NCBI GenBank assembly: GCA_017889635.1
Contig: JAGGAC010000008.1
Coordinates: 41,578-105,577, forward strand
Direction: 5' to 3'
Source of the DNA: Bacillota bacterium
Lineage (GTDB): Bacteria > Bacillota > Negativicutes > Sporomusales > CTSoil-080
Length of the DNA: 64,000 nt
The position numbers and the translations under genes are program-made. Position 1 is the stretch's first letter, and every line of letters starts with the position of its first letter. The notes below the pieces were generated by a model. It was not told the origin of the DNA. It was given only the letters and a program-made list of their open reading frames with translations, and ran no database searches. Shown one piece after another: positions 62,754 to 64,000 of the stretch.

Positions 62754-64000
62754 ATTGCAAATTATTTTAGCGGAGCATCGCGGCTTTTGCTATGGTGTTG
62801 ATAGGGCAGTAAATATGGCTAGAGAGTGGATAGGAAAAAAAGCGATAGTAGCTACCCTTGGGCCGATTATTCATAATCCGCAATTTGTTGAGCGTTTGGC
62901 TGAGCAGGGAGTTGGCGTTGTAGAAAAACTATCTGATATGTCAAGCGGAACTGTGATTATTAGGTCTCATGGAGTGGGACCAGAAGTATATGAGCAGGCT
63001 AAAGCAATGGGGCTGAATGTTGTTGATGCCACTTGTCCGCATGTTAGTAAAGCTCAACATGCGGCTGAGGAGTTGTGGAAGGCTGGTTATCAGGTGGTTG
63101 TAGTAGGAAATCGAGATCACCCTGAAGTTAGAAGTATTGCTGCCTGGACTGGTGACACAGCAGTGGTGGTAGAAACAATCAGCGAGGCGAAGGCTGTTGG
63201 CGAGGTTCCCAGGCTGGGGATTGTTGCCCAGACTACTTTTCCGCCGGAACGATTTGATGATATTGTTCAGGTATTAAAAACCAAAAGTCAGAATGTTAAT
63301 ATTCAGAAGACAATATGTATTGCCACTGAGCAAAGGCAACAGGCAGCAATTCTACTTGCGGCACAAGCTGATGTGATGGTGGTAGTGGGTGGTAAAAATA
63401 GTGCTAACACAAGTAAGCTTGCTGAGCTTTGTCGTATGGCTGGCAGCACTGTGTATCACATAGAAACGTCGGCTGAGCTAGAAGAGAAATGGTTCCGGGG
63501 TGTGAGAACGGCAGGAATAACCGCCGGGGCATCAACACCGGACTGGATTATTGAGGAGGTATACCAAAGAATGCAAGAGTTTGCTGCGATGTTGGATGAT
63601 GATGTAAAAACGCTGGAACAAGGGAGCCTTGTAGAAGGAAAAGTTGTAGGTGTTAGGGAGGATGAAGTTTTTGTTGATATCGGTTATAAAGCCGAAGGAA
63701 TAATTCCGTTAGCTGAATTGGCTTATCCTCAGCCGGAAAAAGCTGGTGATGTTGTTACAGAAGGGGACACTATAAAAGTTTATGTGATTGATGCCGATAC
63801 TGTTGAAGGGACGGTTAAACTGTCAAAGGTTAAAGCTGATCAAATTCTCGCCTGGGATGAATTAGAGCAAGCTCTTGCGGATAAAAGACCGGTAGAGGGC
63901 AAGGTACTTGAAGCGATTAAGGGCGGTTTAGCTGTGGCTGTGCTTGGGGTAAGGGGATTTGTACCAGCGTCTCAGGCCGATATTAAATTTGTAGAAGACC
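62754..64000 (+). CDS. ispH: IspH (4-hydroxy-3-methylbut-2-enyl diphosphate reductase) fused in frame to S1 RNA-binding repeats; 3' end beyond the window
   Basis: TTG after AGGGAGGGAG. GFCYGVDRA, TCPHV and GGKNSANT. I read no stop between the IspH end (~63590) and the first S1 domain (GSLVEGKVVGV..). Confidence 0.88.

Noticed and set aside
1-64000. A search for CRISPR arrays, IS or transposase genes, integrases, prophage or defence modules.
   Set aside because: I found no array of regularly spaced direct repeats. No ORF has a transposase, integrase, nuclease-ATPase or other defence-type signature. All larger repeats are explained by the MFS and OMP gene duplications.

Overview
This is a 64-kb chromosomal window with almost all genes on the + strand. 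It looks like an endospore-forming diderm Firmicute (Negativicutes/Sporomusaceae-like). That is an inference: spoIIA, spoVA, spmAB, ytfIJ and dacF/dacB sporulation genes occur alongside an OmpH/Skp chaperone gene and small beta-barrel OMP genes.

Gene content, left to right:
- a 5'-truncated PAS x3-GGDEF-EAL protein
- zinc-ribbon membrane proteins, OmpH/Skp, a polysaccharide deacetylase and a methyltransferase
- glgP plus a small starch-binding-module protein
- an orphan PAS histidine kinase and an L,D-transpeptidase
- polA-mutM-coaE, an SLT transglycosylase and an orphan peptide-type ABC binding lipoprotein
- two tRNA-Leu genes, a DenV-like glycosylase and a small Cys-rich protein
- bcd-hbd-crt followed by three tandem MFS transporter paralogs
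- a coiled-coil protein and two paralogous small OMPs
- a long Bacillus-like syntenic block: dacF-spoIIAA-spoIIAB-sigF, dodecin, spoVAC-AD-AE plus extra genes, an L-box riboswitch with lysA, an M50 protease, trpS, scpAB, PBP2, ytfIJ, dacB-spmA-spmB, a flavoprotein pair, rluB, an HI0933-type flavoprotein, aroA, cmk, plsC, and an ispH-S1 fusion that runs off the 3' end

I found no CRISPR array, no transposase or IS, no phage genes and no recognisable defence genes, and I do not see a convincing novel multi-gene system.

The most unusual items are:
- the mosaic MFS triplication with conserved upstream boxes
- a 3-copy intergenic sequence box that may be an sRNA or a repeat element
- a small CxP-repeat cysteine-rich protein with a late-sporulation-like promoter
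- a spoVA operon carrying two extra genes
- several short regulatory repeats and micro-ORFs

All functional calls come from motif recognition by eye. No database searches were run.
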